Part shown: piece by piece, positions 38,093 through 48,381 of the stretch
Layout of the letters: each line of letters begins with the position of its first letter
Position numbering within the stretch: position 1 is the stretch's first letter
Assembly: GCA_044222475.1 (NCBI GenBank)
Contig: JBGANF010000031.1
Coordinates: forward strand, 1 to 64,000
Source: Polyangiaceae bacterium
Lineage (GTDB): Bacteria; Myxococcota_A; Polyangia; Polyangiales; Polyangiaceae
Direction: 5' to 3'
DNA length: 64,000 bases
Translations under genes and position numbers: made by a program
The notes under the pieces: generated by a model
Database searches by the model: none
Seen by the model: the letters and a program-made list of their open reading frames with translations, nothing else
What the model was told of the DNA's origin: nothing

Positions 38093-41000
38093 TCCGCGGG
38101 AAGCGACCGGTTTCTCGCGCTCGGTGGAGCGCCATTGCGCTCGCTTCGACGTCCTTGGCGAGCCGAGCGAGGCGCGGGAGCTTCGCGAAGACGGGCTCTG
38201 CGGCGCTCGAGCCGCCGAGGAACACGATGCCAGCGCGCAGGCGAGGCGCGTGAGATCCCTCGGCTCGCTTCGCCTTCGGCTCCGCGAGCCTCGCACCCGC
38301 GAGCGCGTACATCGCCAGCTGGGGAACGTACGGCTCGACGGCCGGGCCGCGCGCGCGCTTGTAGTCGATCACGTCGACGGCACCGTCCGGGTGAACGACG
38401 AGGAGATCGATGGCGCCCCGCAGGACGACGGTGAGCGTGCTCCCCTCGATCGGGACCACGAACGCGTGCTCGCGGAGGAGCTTCGCGCCCGCCCCGCGCA
38501 CCTCGCGCGCGTAGTCACTGCGGAGAAACCGCGACGCGCGCTCGAGGGCGCCGTCGGCGTGAGGCGCCGCTCGATCGAGCCCTCCGCGGCGCAGCGCGGC
38601 GTCGAGCGCCGGTCGCGGGTCGTCTGCCCCGAACGCGTCTTCGTCGACCACCTCGAGGAGCCGGTGGAGGAACGTGCCTTCGGTCTTCGCTCGCTCCGAA
38701 CCGACGTCCTGGGCGCGCGCGGAGAACGGCGGCGCAGCCAGCTCCGAGACGTCGAAGAGGTGGGCGAGCTGGAAGCGCCGCGGACAGTGCATGAAATCCT
38801 GGAGCGTCGTCGCCGCGATCGGCACCGAGCGCGCCGACAAGCGCAGCGGGACGAGGTCGATCCGCGGAGCCTCCCGCGTGCGGGCCCCCTTCGGGGCCGT
38901 GCGCTCGGGATCCACGTCGACGACCCGAAGCCGACTCGACAGATCACCGGCGAACCGCTCGAGCACCGGCATCGGAGATGGCGCACTCTGCGCCTTCGGC
39001 GTGAGCTTCACGTCGCCGACGAAGATCATCTCGCGCTCCGCCCGCGTCATCGCGACGTACCAGAGCCGTCGCCGCTCTGCCCGGCGCGCCTGCGCCGCCC
39101 GATCTTGGAGCGCGCGTAGCGACGGCGTGGAGTGCGTGTCTCCAAGCGCATCCAGGACTCGCGACGCCATCACGTGTCGGCCCGCGTCGTCCTTGGCGAG
39201 CAGAAGCGGCTGGGGCCCGGTGCCTGGCGCGGAGGCTCCGAGCTCGGGCAGGATGACGATCGGGAACGCCAGACCCTTGCTCGCGTGGACAGTGAGCAAG
39301 CGAACCGCGTCGTCCGCCTCGGAGAACGTCGCGGCCTCTGCCTCCCGCTCCGCCGCCGCGGCAGCGCGACACGTCTCGAGGAAGATCTCCGGGCGCACCT
39401 CGCGATCCGCCATCGCGAGGAGCTTGCGCACGTTCGCGACCCTCTGCGCACCGCGCGGCATCAGGACGAGGGCCTCTTCGAATCGAAGCTCGCGAACGGC
39501 CTCGCGCAGCGCGCCTCCCGGCCCGAGGCGCGGAGCGGCGTGACGGAGGCGACGCACGACGTCGACGAGCTGGCGCAGCGGCTCGCGATCGGTCTCGTCG
39601 AGCAGCGCTCGGCGCGACCCCTCGGTCCAACGCTCGATCGCGAGCGAGAGCCCCTGGTGCGGCTCGGTCAGGGCGAGCAGCGTTCGATCCGAGACGCCCG
39701 TCCAGACGCCGCGCAGTACGGTCAGCCACGCTGCGCGGTCGTCGCGACGGACGAGCACGCGGAGCATCGCGAGCACGTCGAGCACCTCTTGCGCGCGATA
39801 GAACCCGCGACCGGCGACGACGTAAGGGATGTCCCGCTTCGCGAGTTGATGGGCGACGGCGTCGAGCATGCCGTTGCTCTGAGAGAGTACGGCGATGTCC
39901 TTGTAGCGAGCTCCGAGGGCGGTGCGCTCCTCGATCGCGCGCGCCGCGAGGACTGCATCCTCCGGCTTCTTCGTCGTCCCGCGAGCGCGAGGGCGCATCC
40001 AGATCACGTGACCTTCGGCCCTTGCGCCGCCGCCCTCGGGTGCGAGCAGGTCCTCGGTGTCGGGGGCATAGCGGATTGGCGCGCCGGGCTCCCCTCGGAG
40101 GAGGTCCGCCGACATCGCGTTCACGAACTCGAGGATCGGGGTGGAGCTCCGACGGTTCGTGCGCAGCGCGAAGAAGTCGGCGGTCGGTGGCGGTCGCGCG
40201 GCGTCGGCCTCCGGCTCGAGCGCGAGAGCGCGGCGGGCCACGTCGCCGGCGAGGTCGACGCACGTGTCGCTGAAGATCGCGACGTCCGCGCCGCGGAACC
40301 CGTAGATCGACTGCTTCCGATCGCCGACCACGAAGAGCCCTTTCGGACGGAGCTTGCGCGGTAGCGTACCCGGAGCGCGCGATCGAGGGTCCGCGTCCCA
40401 CAGCAGGTACACCAGATCGCGCTGCACCCGCGACGTGTCCTGGAACTCGTCGACGACGAAGAGGTCGTATCGCGCACCGAGCTCGGCTGCGAGCGCCGGC
40501 GAGTCGCGGAGGGCGTCCCGTGCCGCGGCGAGGACGGCGCCGAAGCCGATCGCCGCGCGTTGCTCGTAGAGGCGGTGCAGCTCGTCCTGCGCGCGAACGA
40601 CGAGCTCGCGGTAGCCGAGGGCGACCTCGGCGATCGCGCCTCGTGACTCGTGAAAGCGGGCGAAGGCCCGCCCTCGTTCTCGGTTCGTCTTGCCCTTGGG
40701 CAGCGCGTCTCGAAGCTCGGCGAGGGCGACCACCGCGGGCGGCGCCTTGGCCGATCGTCGAAAGTCGAAGAGGTCCCCGAGCGCGTCGGCCAGAGCGGCG
40801 CCCCCCGCGGTGCGCGCGGCGAGGAACGCTGCGGCGTTCGCGCGATGGTCGGGCTCCGCGAGGAGCGACTCGGCTGCACGCGCGATGGCGTCGAACGTAC
40901 GCTCGACGACCACGCGATCGCCTTCGGGGAGAACGACATCGCGCGCGCGCACGCCTTCGTCCTCGAGCCCGAGGAGCCACCCCGTCACTGCATCCTCGAG

Positions 41001-41558
41001 CGCGGTCGTACCGCGCGCGGCGCGCACCTGGTCACGAACGACGTTCGGTTTTTCGCGGTAGAGGGACGCGATCGCCCGCTCGGCGGCGTCGCGCACCATG
41101 GCCCGCGTCTCGGTCTCGTCGAGGAGCGAGAAGCCCGGCGGCGCGCCGCGGTCGAACGCGGCGCGGCGCGCGATCGAGTACGCGAAGCCGTGGAGCGTGG
41201 TCAGGGTCGCGCGCCCCAGGCCGGCGAGCGCCCTGCGCGATCGGGCGAGCGCGGCAGGGCCGGAGAACGAGACTCCGAGCCGAGATGCCGCTTCGGCGAA
41301 GTCTCGGTCGTAGGCGGTGGGTGCCCCCGCCGCGAGCGTCGCGAGGGTCGTCGCGAGTCGCTCGCGGATCTCCGCTGCAGCTTTGCGAGAGAACGTCGTC
41401 GCGACGATACGTGCAGGATGCACAGGTTCGGGGGTGTCCCCGAGCTCGGAGAGCCCGAGCAGGGCATGGAGGAGCGCGCCCACGAGGGCGTGCGTCTTTC
41501 CCGTCCCCGCGCTCGCGACGACGACGACGTTGCGCCGCAGCGCGTACGCGCCGTTCAT
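37998..41558 (-). CDS. addA: UvrD-like helicase with C-terminal RecB-type nuclease (AddA-like)
   Basis: ASAGTGKT, VDEFQDTS, VGDRKQSIYGFRGA, NRRS, TVHASKGLAF, YVAMTRA; GAIDLL...IDYK...QLAMY. Confidence 0.9.
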   Translation of the reverse strand: MNGAYALRRNVVVVASAGTGKTHALVGALLHALLGLSELGDTPEPVHPARIVATTFSRKAAAEIRERLATTLATLAAGAPTAYDRDFAEAASRLGVSFSGPAALARSRRALAGLGRATLTTLHGFAYSIARRAAFDRGAPPGFSLLDETETRAMVRDAAERAIASLYREKPNVVRDQVRAARGTTALEDAVTGWLLGLEDEGVRARDVVLPEGDRVVVERTFDAIARAAESLLAEPDHRANAAAFLAARTAGGAALADALGDLFDFRRSAKAPPAVVALAELRDALPKGKTNRERGRAFARFHESRGAIAEVALGYRELVVRAQDELHRLYEQRAAIGFGAVLAAARDALRDSPALAAELGARYDLFVVDEFQDTSRVQRDLVYLLWDADPRSRAPGTLPRKLRPKGLFVVGDRKQSIYGFRGADVAIFSDTCVDLAGDVARRALALEPEADAARPPPTADFFALRTNRRSSTPILEFVNAMSADLLRGEPGAPIRYAPDTEDLLAPEGGGARAEGHVIWMRPRARGTTKKPEDAVLAARAIEERTALGARYKDIAVLSQSNGMLDAVAHQLAKRDIPYVVAGRGFYRAQEVLDVLAMLRVLVRRDDRAAWLTVLRGVWTGVSDRTLLALTEPHQGLSLAIERWTEGSRRALLDETDREPLRQLVDVVRRLRHAAPRLGPGGALREAVRELRFEEALVLMPRGAQRVANVRKLLAMADREVRPEIFLETCRAAAAAEREAEAATFSEADDAVRLLTVHASKGLAFPIVILPELGASAPGTGPQPLLLAKDDAGRHVMASRVLDALGDTHSTPSLRALQDRAAQARRAERRRLWYVAMTRAEREMIFVGDVKLTPKAQSAPSPMPVLERFAGDLSSRLRVVDVDPERTAPKGARTREAPRIDLVPLRLSARSVPIAATTLQDFMHCPRRFQLAHLFDVSELAAPPFSARAQDVGSERAKTEGTFLHRLLEVVDEDAFGADDPRPALDAALRRGGLDRAAPHADGALERASRFLRSDYAREVRGAGAKLLREHAFVVPIEGSTLTVVLRGAIDLLVVHPDGAVDVIDYKRARGPAVEPYVPQLAMYALAGARLAEPKAKRAEGSHAPRLRAGIVFLGGSSAAEPVFAKLPRLARLAKDVEASAMALHRARETGRFPRINESRCDELRCGYRGLCHPPDARGQLGLFAR

Positions 41559-44500
41559 GGCTCCTCCGATGCGGGCTCGTCGGCGCCGGAGACGAAGCGC
41601 GGGCGGCGGCACCCGCCGTCGAGATCGCACTTGTCGCACGACACGGCGAACGTCGGTCGGGGTGCGATCGCGCCTCCTCGCAGCGACGCGACCCGCCGCG
41701 CGATCGAGCGTCGCAGCTCGGCGCCGTCGTCCGCGAGGAGCTCGTCGAGTCGCTCGCGAAGATCGGGGCGTGGAGACGCCTCGGGCGTCTGGGTCGGAAC
41801 GTACGCTCCCTCGGCCGCGGGGACACCGTGAACGGCTCGCATCTCCGCGGCGTAGACCGGGATTTGGAGGCGCGTGACGCCGAGCTCGTCTCGGCGCACG
41901 TCCGCGTTCACCGCCCGCTTGTAGTCGATGACTCGGACTGCGGCTCTCTCTCGACCGACGTCGACGCGATCGACCGTGCCGCGCAGCGCGACCCTCGTCG
42001 CTCCGTCCACCACCGAGAACGCGCCCGGAGCTTCGACGCCGAACGCGACCTCGGCGCCGTCGAAGTCCCACTCGACGTCGGCCACGGCGACGTCGAGCAC
42101 CCGGAGGACTTCCTCTCGCAGCCGCGCGACGGCGAGATCGCGCAGCGGCGCGGTCTCGGCGCGAAAGTGCTCCGCGAGGAGCGCGCCGGCGCGCTCGCGG
42201 ATGGCGACGGCATCGCGGGGGCGAGCGCGGAGGAGCTCGCGGGTGCCCTCGAACACGACGCGCAGCGCCTCGTGGACCATCGTGCCTTCTTCTCGAGCAT
42301 CGGGTCGATCCTCGGGGAGGAGCTCTTCGCCCGCTCGGAGCACGACGCTGGCGAATCCCTGAAAGGGACAATTCGCGATTCGTTCGAGCGCCGTCACCGA
42401 GAGCGGACGAGCTCCGCCGCCGGTCTCCTGCTCGAGCGCGAGCGCGACCTCGGGTCCGATGAGAGAACCGACCTCCTCGGGTGCGACCGCCGAAGGGTCG
42501 GCGTCGATCCGGTCGTGCCATTTCTCGCGAAGGGTCTCGCGCTCGGCGCGACGCTCGACTGCTGGGCTCCGCACGGCGTACTCGGGCGCGAGCGCGAGCA
42601 GCAGCAGCTCGTGCTCGCGAGGCGAGACCGGACGAATCGAGAGCGGCGCGTCGTTGGCGCGCGTCACCGGCACGCCCGCGCGCTCGAGCCAAAGCACGAA
42701 CGAAGCCGGTGCGAGAGCGGCACCGGACGCGTCCTCGGTGCGGTGCGCGACCAGCACCGACGACGCGCGGTCGACGAGCACCGCGAGCGACGCGAGCTGC
42801 GCCGCCGCTCGCTCCCCTTCTCCGAACGGCGCGCGGCGCACGTCCCGCTCACGGAGCGCTGCCGCGAGCTCGCTCGAGACGAGCCCCTCCTCCGCGTCGA
42901 GCCTCGGGAGGGCCCCGTCGTTGGCGTCGAGCACGACGACGTGGTCGAGCTCCTCGAACGCGACCTCGGACAGGCGCCCGACGCGGACCGCGAACGCGCG
43001 GCCTCCGCCCGGGAGCGCGGGCCCGGCCTCGAGCGCCCGACGGAGCTCGTGCTCGAAGACCTCGGGAACGCAGGGCGCGCCCAGATCGAGCTCGTTTGCC
43101 GCCGTTTCGTAGCGGGCCAGCGCTCCTTGGAGGACCTCCCACGCGTGCGAGTCGGCCGCGAGCGCGCGCAGCTCCGCGCGTGCCACCCCGCGCGGCGCTT
43201 CGTCCGTCGTCAGCACGCGGCGAGCGAGGCCCACCGCGCGAACGCGAAGCCCCAACGCGTCGAACAGAGCACGCGCGGCGGCGACGTGGGCAGCGCGCGT
43301 CCGAGCGCCGGTGGTCGCCTCGAGGACCTCGGAGACCCGGTCGACGACGACGAGGCGCTCGGTGCGCGCGTCGTCGTCTCGGAGGCCTACTTCGGCGACG
43401 CGACGCAACGTCGCGCGGGCCGTCGTCTGCGGCGTCGTCGGATGGTTCTCGAGCGCCGAGGCGATCGCCGCGAGCGTCCCGCGCGTCTCCGAGAGTCGGC
43501 GACCGTCGACGTAGGTCGAGCGAAGGATGCGAGCGACGTCCCGCCGCGGAAGACCACGCGGTCCGACCGTGAGCGCCTCGAGCGCGAAGGCCACGATGCC
43601 GGCTCGCGCGGGAGCAGGTCCGCGCGCGTCGTACATCGGGACGCCGGCTTCGTCGAACAAGCGGCGGAGCGGCGCGAGCGTCTCCTCGTCGCCGGTCGGC
43701 GTCGCGACGGCGATTCGCTCGACCGGGACGCCGTCGGCGAGGGCACGCATCACCGAGAGCACCGCCGCGCGTGCCTGCGCCTCCGCGCTCTCGCACACGG
43801 CGATCTGCACGCGCGACGGATCTTCGGGAGGCGCATCCCCGGTGAAATCACCGAGCCGGCGCGCGACGAGGTACGTCTCCGGCGGTTCGCCGAGGAGCGC
43901 GCCGGCACGATCGATGGTGATCTCGAGCGGATCGCGCTCGCGGAGCGCGTCGAGCGGCGACGCGAACGAAGGCAGCTCCACGCGAACTCCACCGCCGATC
44001 GGCTCGAGCGCGCGAGCGAGGACGCGAAGCACCCGCGCGGTCGCCGCGTCGAAGCCGACGAACGACCGCACGCGCAGGGTCTCGGCGCCGATCGCACGAA
44101 CGAGGTCGCTCGCGCTGGCGTCGGCGAGAACGCGAGCGAGCGTTCCTTCGAGCGCACGACCGTCGACGAACCCGCTCTTTGCGAGCCGCGCATCGAGCGC
44201 GTCGAGCGCGTCCGCGAGCAGCGTCGCGCGACCGACGACGACCGACCGCCCACGCGACACCTCCCGGAGGAGCGCCGAGTCGACGTCCGCTCGCCGCAGC
44301 TCGAGGATCGCGTCGTCGAGCGCATCGAGCATGTGCTCCCACGACAGCGCGCCGAGCGCGCGCGCGCGGACCATCGGCGGGTGATCGAACGCGGCGACGG
44401 CGTCGGCGAGCGCGAGCCGCGTGTGCTCCGGACCGGCGAGCTTCCGTCCCTCGAGCCACCGCTGCGCGAGCGCGTCCACGAGCCTCGGCCAGGCGATCGC

Positions 44501-44566
44501 CCGCGCTCCCGACTCCATCGCGCGCTCGACGTGACGTTCGAGCGGGACGACGATGATCTCCGTCAC
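41555..44566 (-). CDS. addB: AddB-like inactivated helicase / PD-(D/E)XK nuclease subunit
   Basis: GTG coupled to the slt stop; LSVTALE..ANCPF, GTMVHEAL, GTVDRVD, VIDYK, QIPVY, CDKCDLDGGC. Confidence 0.85.
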   Translation of the reverse strand: MTEIIVVPLERHVERAMESGARAIAWPRLVDALAQRWLEGRKLAGPEHTRLALADAVAAFDHPPMVRARALGALSWEHMLDALDDAILELRRADVDSALLREVSRGRSVVVGRATLLADALDALDARLAKSGFVDGRALEGTLARVLADASASDLVRAIGAETLRVRSFVGFDAATARVLRVLARALEPIGGGVRVELPSFASPLDALRERDPLEITIDRAGALLGEPPETYLVARRLGDFTGDAPPEDPSRVQIAVCESAEAQARAAVLSVMRALADGVPVERIAVATPTGDEETLAPLRRLFDEAGVPMYDARGPAPARAGIVAFALEALTVGPRGLPRRDVARILRSTYVDGRRLSETRGTLAAIASALENHPTTPQTTARATLRRVAEVGLRDDDARTERLVVVDRVSEVLEATTGARTRAAHVAAARALFDALGLRVRAVGLARRVLTTDEAPRGVARAELRALAADSHAWEVLQGALARYETAANELDLGAPCVPEVFEHELRRALEAGPALPGGGRAFAVRVGRLSEVAFEELDHVVVLDANDGALPRLDAEEGLVSSELAAALRERDVRRAPFGEGERAAAQLASLAVLVDRASSVLVAHRTEDASGAALAPASFVLWLERAGVPVTRANDAPLSIRPVSPREHELLLLALAPEYAVRSPAVERRAERETLREKWHDRIDADPSAVAPEEVGSLIGPEVALALEQETGGGARPLSVTALERIANCPFQGFASVVLRAGEELLPEDRPDAREEGTMVHEALRVVFEGTRELLRARPRDAVAIRERAGALLAEHFRAETAPLRDLAVARLREEVLRVLDVAVADVEWDFDGAEVAFGVEAPGAFSVVDGATRVALRGTVDRVDVGRERAAVRVIDYKRAVNADVRRDELGVTRLQIPVYAAEMRAVHGVPAAEGAYVPTQTPEASPRPDLRERLDELLADDGAELRRSIARRVASLRGGAIAPRPTFAVSCDKCDLDGGCRRPRFVSGADEPASEEP

Positions 44567-46920
44567 GGGGCCTGACCGTCGGCGCGAACCGGCAGCTTCA
44601 GGAGCTCGGGGAGCGCGCTTCGATCGTAGAGGTACGCGTACGCGAGCTCGCTCGCGAGGACCCGTTTGATGTAGCCGCGGGTTTCGTCGTACGGGATCTG
44701 CTCGACGAAGACGTCGAAGCGATCGCTGCCGCGGGCCGTGAGCCACCCGCGCACCGCGCCTGGCCCTGCGTTGTAGGCGGGGATCGCGAGCGACGGGTTC
44801 GCAGAGAACGACACCCGGAGCGCCGCGAGCAGCTTGGCACCCAAGCCCACGTTCGGCGCGGGGGTTCGAAGCGCCGCTTCGTCGAACGCGAACGCCGTCC
44901 CCTTCGCGACCTCGCGCGCGGTCGAAGGGAGGAGCTGCATGAGCCCGATCGCGTTCGACGGGCTGCGGATCTCGGGGAAGAAGCCGGACTCCTCGCGCAT
45001 GATCGCCCAGAGCAGCGCGGGCGAAACGGCGCGCGCTTGCGCCTCCGTCACGACGAGGCGGTCGAACGCGCGCGGGAACGCGGTCTCCCATTTGAGACGC
45101 AGCGGGCCCACCGGATAGTGCGCGAGGTGATCGACGATGCGCTGGCGCGTGAGCGCGCTGCCGATCTCGGGCGCGCCGGCGCGATCGAGCAGGTCCGCCG
45201 CGATCCACACGAGCTCGGTTCCCACGCCATCGCCGAGCAGGCCGGCGAGCGTGAGCTCCTTCTTCGCGGCTTCGAGCTCGCCGACCTCGAGCAGGGCCAC
45301 GGCTCGCCGAAATGCTTCGGTCTTGATCTCCGACGGCGGCCCGACCGCGGGCGAGCCGGTGTCGCGCTCCTCGGCGGTGCGCATCGCGAGAGCTGCCGCG
45401 CCGGGCTCGAGCGCCTCGAGGCGGGCGTACGCGAGCGCCATGTAGAACGCGAGCGGGAAGCGCGCGACGACGTCGGCGTAGCGACGCTTGGCGTCGTCCT
45501 TGTCGCCGAGCTCCTCGGAGGCGCGCGCTCGAAAGTACGCCGCGCGACCGGCCGTGGCCCAGTGATGGCCGTCGCCGTCGATCGTGGCTCCGGAGTCGAG
45601 CAAAGGTTTCGCGCCGGCCCAATCGCCGCGTTTCACGTGGAGGAGGGCTGCGCGGAACACCGCCTCGCCGCGCATGTCGCCCTCGGGGTAGTCCGCCGGC
45701 AAGGCGGACCACATCGCCTCGGCGCGCGCTTCGTCCGGTTTGGCGAGGACGAGGAGCGCTCCTTGATGGCGCGCGTCGTCGGCGAGGCGGTGCTTCGGGT
45801 AGAGCTTCTCGATCCTCGCGTACCGATCGATCGCGTCGTCGGGTTTCTTCGATCCAGCGAACGCCTTGGCCGCGGAGTAGAGCGCCGCGGCGTGGGCGTC
45901 CGCGCGTCCATCGCAACGAGCGACCGCCTCGTCCCACGCATCCGCCGTCGCTCCCTTCAGCTTCGCGGTCGCCTGCGCTCGCGTGGTCGCGACCGTGCAC
46001 GCGACCTCGGACGGACCTTTGAGAGCGCCGAGGAGCGCGTCGGCTTCGGCTCGTGCTTTGTCGGCATGCGACGAGTCGAGCCACGCTTGCGCGCGACGGG
46101 CGCGCTCGTCGTCGGTGAGCGCGGCCGGCAGGCTCGGATCGAGCGCACGCGCGCCCTTCCGCAGCTCGACCGCTCCGGTCGTGTCTTCGACCGACGGCGC
46201 CTCCACGACGACTCGAGTCGCGAGATCGAACGCTTCCTTCGCGTCCCCTTTCGCACCGCCGGCGAGCAGCGCCTTGGCGAGCCGGGTCGACGTGTCGATC
46301 CATCGCGGTCCCTTGACCTTCTTCGCGAGGAACGCGCGCCACAGCGCCATGGCATCGGGGGTCTTGCCCGTCGCTGCGAGCGCCTCGGCGCGGAGCAGCA
46401 CGACGTCGTCTCCGAGCGCGATCGTCGGGTCGACACTGGCGAGCCTCCCGAGCGCGCTGGCCGGGTCGCCTCGCCGCTCGAGCGCTTCGGCGGCGTGGAG
46501 CCGCGCGTAGTCCCGAAGGCCGCACCCGTCGGCACCGCCATCGCCGCCGCTGCTCGCGGCGTCGAAGGACTGGAGCGCGAGCGCATCGTCACCCCCCTGC
46601 GCCGCGAGCCGTCCGACGACGTAGTCGATCGCGCACGGCTCGAGGGCGCCATCCGGTACGCCGGCGCGCGCGGCGACGACGGCCTTCGCTGCGTCGGCGT
46701 ACTTCTTGTCGCGCTCGAGCGCAGCCGCGGCCTCCATCCTCGGGTCGGCGAGCACCGGACGAAGCGCGGTGCGGCCCTCCATCGATGCGCCCCCGTCCAC
46801 CGCGAACGAGCTCGCGTCGGCGGCGGTCGTCGCCACGTCGGCCGCCTTGGGCTCCGCGTTGCCGCCGCGGCACGCGGCCACGACGAAGCTCAGCGCGAGC
46901 ATCACCCTTTCCTTCGCCAT
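44563..46920 (-). CDS. Soluble lytic transglycosylase (SLT) with TPR superhelix, lipoprotein
   Basis: VAAC lipobox; AIMREESGF, AIGLMQLLPSTA, AYNAGPG, IPYDETRGYIKRV; start 46920 or 46902. Confidence 0.92.
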   Translation of the reverse strand: MAKERVMLALSFVVAACRGGNAEPKAADVATTAADASSFAVDGGASMEGRTALRPVLADPRMEAAAALERDKKYADAAKAVVAARAGVPDGALEPCAIDYVVGRLAAQGGDDALALQSFDAASSGGDGGADGCGLRDYARLHAAEALERRGDPASALGRLASVDPTIALGDDVVLLRAEALAATGKTPDAMALWRAFLAKKVKGPRWIDTSTRLAKALLAGGAKGDAKEAFDLATRVVVEAPSVEDTTGAVELRKGARALDPSLPAALTDDERARRAQAWLDSSHADKARAEADALLGALKGPSEVACTVATTRAQATAKLKGATADAWDEAVARCDGRADAHAAALYSAAKAFAGSKKPDDAIDRYARIEKLYPKHRLADDARHQGALLVLAKPDEARAEAMWSALPADYPEGDMRGEAVFRAALLHVKRGDWAGAKPLLDSGATIDGDGHHWATAGRAAYFRARASEELGDKDDAKRRYADVVARFPLAFYMALAYARLEALEPGAAALAMRTAEERDTGSPAVGPPSEIKTEAFRRAVALLEVGELEAAKKELTLAGLLGDGVGTELVWIAADLLDRAGAPEIGSALTRQRIVDHLAHYPVGPLRLKWETAFPRAFDRLVVTEAQARAVSPALLWAIMREESGFFPEIRSPSNAIGLMQLLPSTAREVAKGTAFAFDEAALRTPAPNVGLGAKLLAALRVSFSANPSLAIPAYNAGPGAVRGWLTARGSDRFDVFVEQIPYDETRGYIKRVLASELAYAYLYDRSALPELLKLPVRADGQAP

Positions 46921-47378
46921 GCCTCGCTCGCCTCTTCCTCGGCTTTCGCTTCTTCTTCGCGACGCACGCGCGCGACGTGGCGTGCGCGATCGTTCTCGAT
47001 GACCTTGGCATCGGCCTGCTTCTCGGCCAGCGTCGCCTGGGCGGCGGCCTCGGCCGCGAGCGCCGCCGTGGCCCGCGCCTTCTCGGCGTCTTCCTTCTCC
47101 AGCAGCGCGCGTCGCTCGGCTTCCACTCGATGCTCCCACGCCCCGGCGCGCTGGAGATCGGCGACCGACAGCTCGCCTTCGCTCAGCGCTTTCGTCTCCG
47201 AGGAACGCACGGCGCGAGCTTTCTCTTCCGCCGCCGCACGCTCGGCCTCCGCGGCGGCCGCCGCGGCTTCTGCTTCGGCGCGCCCGCGGACGGCGGCGGC
47301 CAGCGCCGTCTTTGCCTCGTCTTCGCGGCGCTCGCGAAGCTCGAGGACCTCGTCGAGCGGATACTTCTTGGTGGCCAC
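46902..47378 (-). CDS. FliJ/YscO-like coiled-coil protein
   Basis: KYPLDEVLELRERREDEAK N-terminus and ADAKVIENDR...EEEASE C-terminus; all-helical, ~158 aa. Confidence 0.6.
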   Translation of the reverse strand: MATKKYPLDEVLELRERREDEAKTALAAAVRGRAEAEAAAAAAEAERAAAEEKARAVRSSETKALSEGELSVADLQRAGAWEHRVEAERRALLEKEDAEKARATAALAAEAAAQATLAEKQADAKVIENDRARHVARVRREEEAKAEEEASEAWRRKG

Positions 47379-47465
47379 GAATGACTTCTTACCGCGCAGA
47401 CGCTCGTCCGCCGGATCGCGCGTGGCCGGCCTCGTCCGAGCTGGTCGTTCGGATTTCAGCTCGTC

Positions 47466-48341
47466 TTGCGCTACATGCGGCTCGATTGGGAGGCCACCGC
47501 CGATTGGGATCTCGCCCGGCTGCGGCGAGAGATGGACGGCCGGCCGTATCCCAACCCGCACGTGAAGCGAGCGACCTCGCACGACGAGGTCATCGGGGGC
47601 GTGCCGACACGGATCTACGGACCGCGGGAGAAGAAGCGCGACGGCGCGATCCTGTTCTTGCACGGCGGCTCGTGCGTGTACGGCTCCGCGAAGACGACGC
47701 ACGCCGATCTGCTCGCTCGGATCGCCCTCGAGTCGGGCGCCGAGGTGTACGGCGTCGACTACCGTCTCGCGCCCGAGCACCCCTACCCTGCGCAGCTCGA
47801 AGACGCGCTCTCGGTGTTCGATGCGCTCGTCGCTCGCGGTCTCGATCCGTCCCACATCGTCCTGGCGGGTGATTCGGCGGGCGGCAACGTCGCGGTCGCT
47901 GCCCAGATCGCGCTGCGGGATCGGCCCAGCGCCGGCGCGAAGGCGCTCGCGCTCTTGTCTCCGTGGGTCGACCTCGAGATGAAGGGCGCGTCGTTCGGCG
48001 ACGACTCGCTCGACTTCGGCAACCGAGCCGTCCTGGTGCGCCACGCAGCGGCGTTCGCTGGTGCGATCCCGCTCGACGATCCCCGCGTGTCGCCGATCCG
48101 GGCGGAGCTCTCGGGCCTCCCGGAGACGTTCGTGTCGTGGGGCAAGTGCGAGATCCCTCGCGACGACATCGTGGCGTTCGTGGACGCGCTCCGCGCCGCC
48201 GGCGTCTCGGTCACGACCCACGCGGCCGAGGACATGCCTCACAACCCGGCGTTCTTCGCCGATTTCAACCCGAACGGACGCGCGTCACTCGACGCCTTGC
48301 TCGCGTTTCTCGCGACTCGGCTACCCCCACACCGCGGGTGA
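47466..48341 (+). CDS. Alpha/beta hydrolase, HSL-like esterase
   Basis: LHGGS, VDYRLAPEHPYPAQLED, AGDSAGG, LSPWVD; true start uncertain. Confidence 0.9.
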   Translation: MRYMRLDWEATADWDLARLRREMDGRPYPNPHVKRATSHDEVIGGVPTRIYGPREKKRDGAILFLHGGSCVYGSAKTTHADLLARIALESGAEVYGVDYRLAPEHPYPAQLEDALSVFDALVARGLDPSHIVLAGDSAGGNVAVAAQIALRDRPSAGAKALALLSPWVDLEMKGASFGDDSLDFGNRAVLVRHAAAFAGAIPLDDPRVSPIRAELSGLPETFVSWGKCEIPRDDIVAFVDALRAAGVSVTTHAAEDMPHNPAFFADFNPNGRASLDALLAFLATRLPPHRG

Positions 48342-48381
48342 GGTGGGAAGGCTGGAGCGCCTCGAGCGTACGACGAGGGCC

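Noticed and set aside
41555..42500. PD-(D/E)XK Fe-S nuclease as Cas4
   Set aside because: It is the C-terminal domain of a ~1000-aa AddB-like protein coupled to a UvrD helicase
46902..47378. Flagellar or T3SS gene cluster
   Set aside because: Only one FliJ/YscO-like coiled-coil gene, itself a moderate-confidence call
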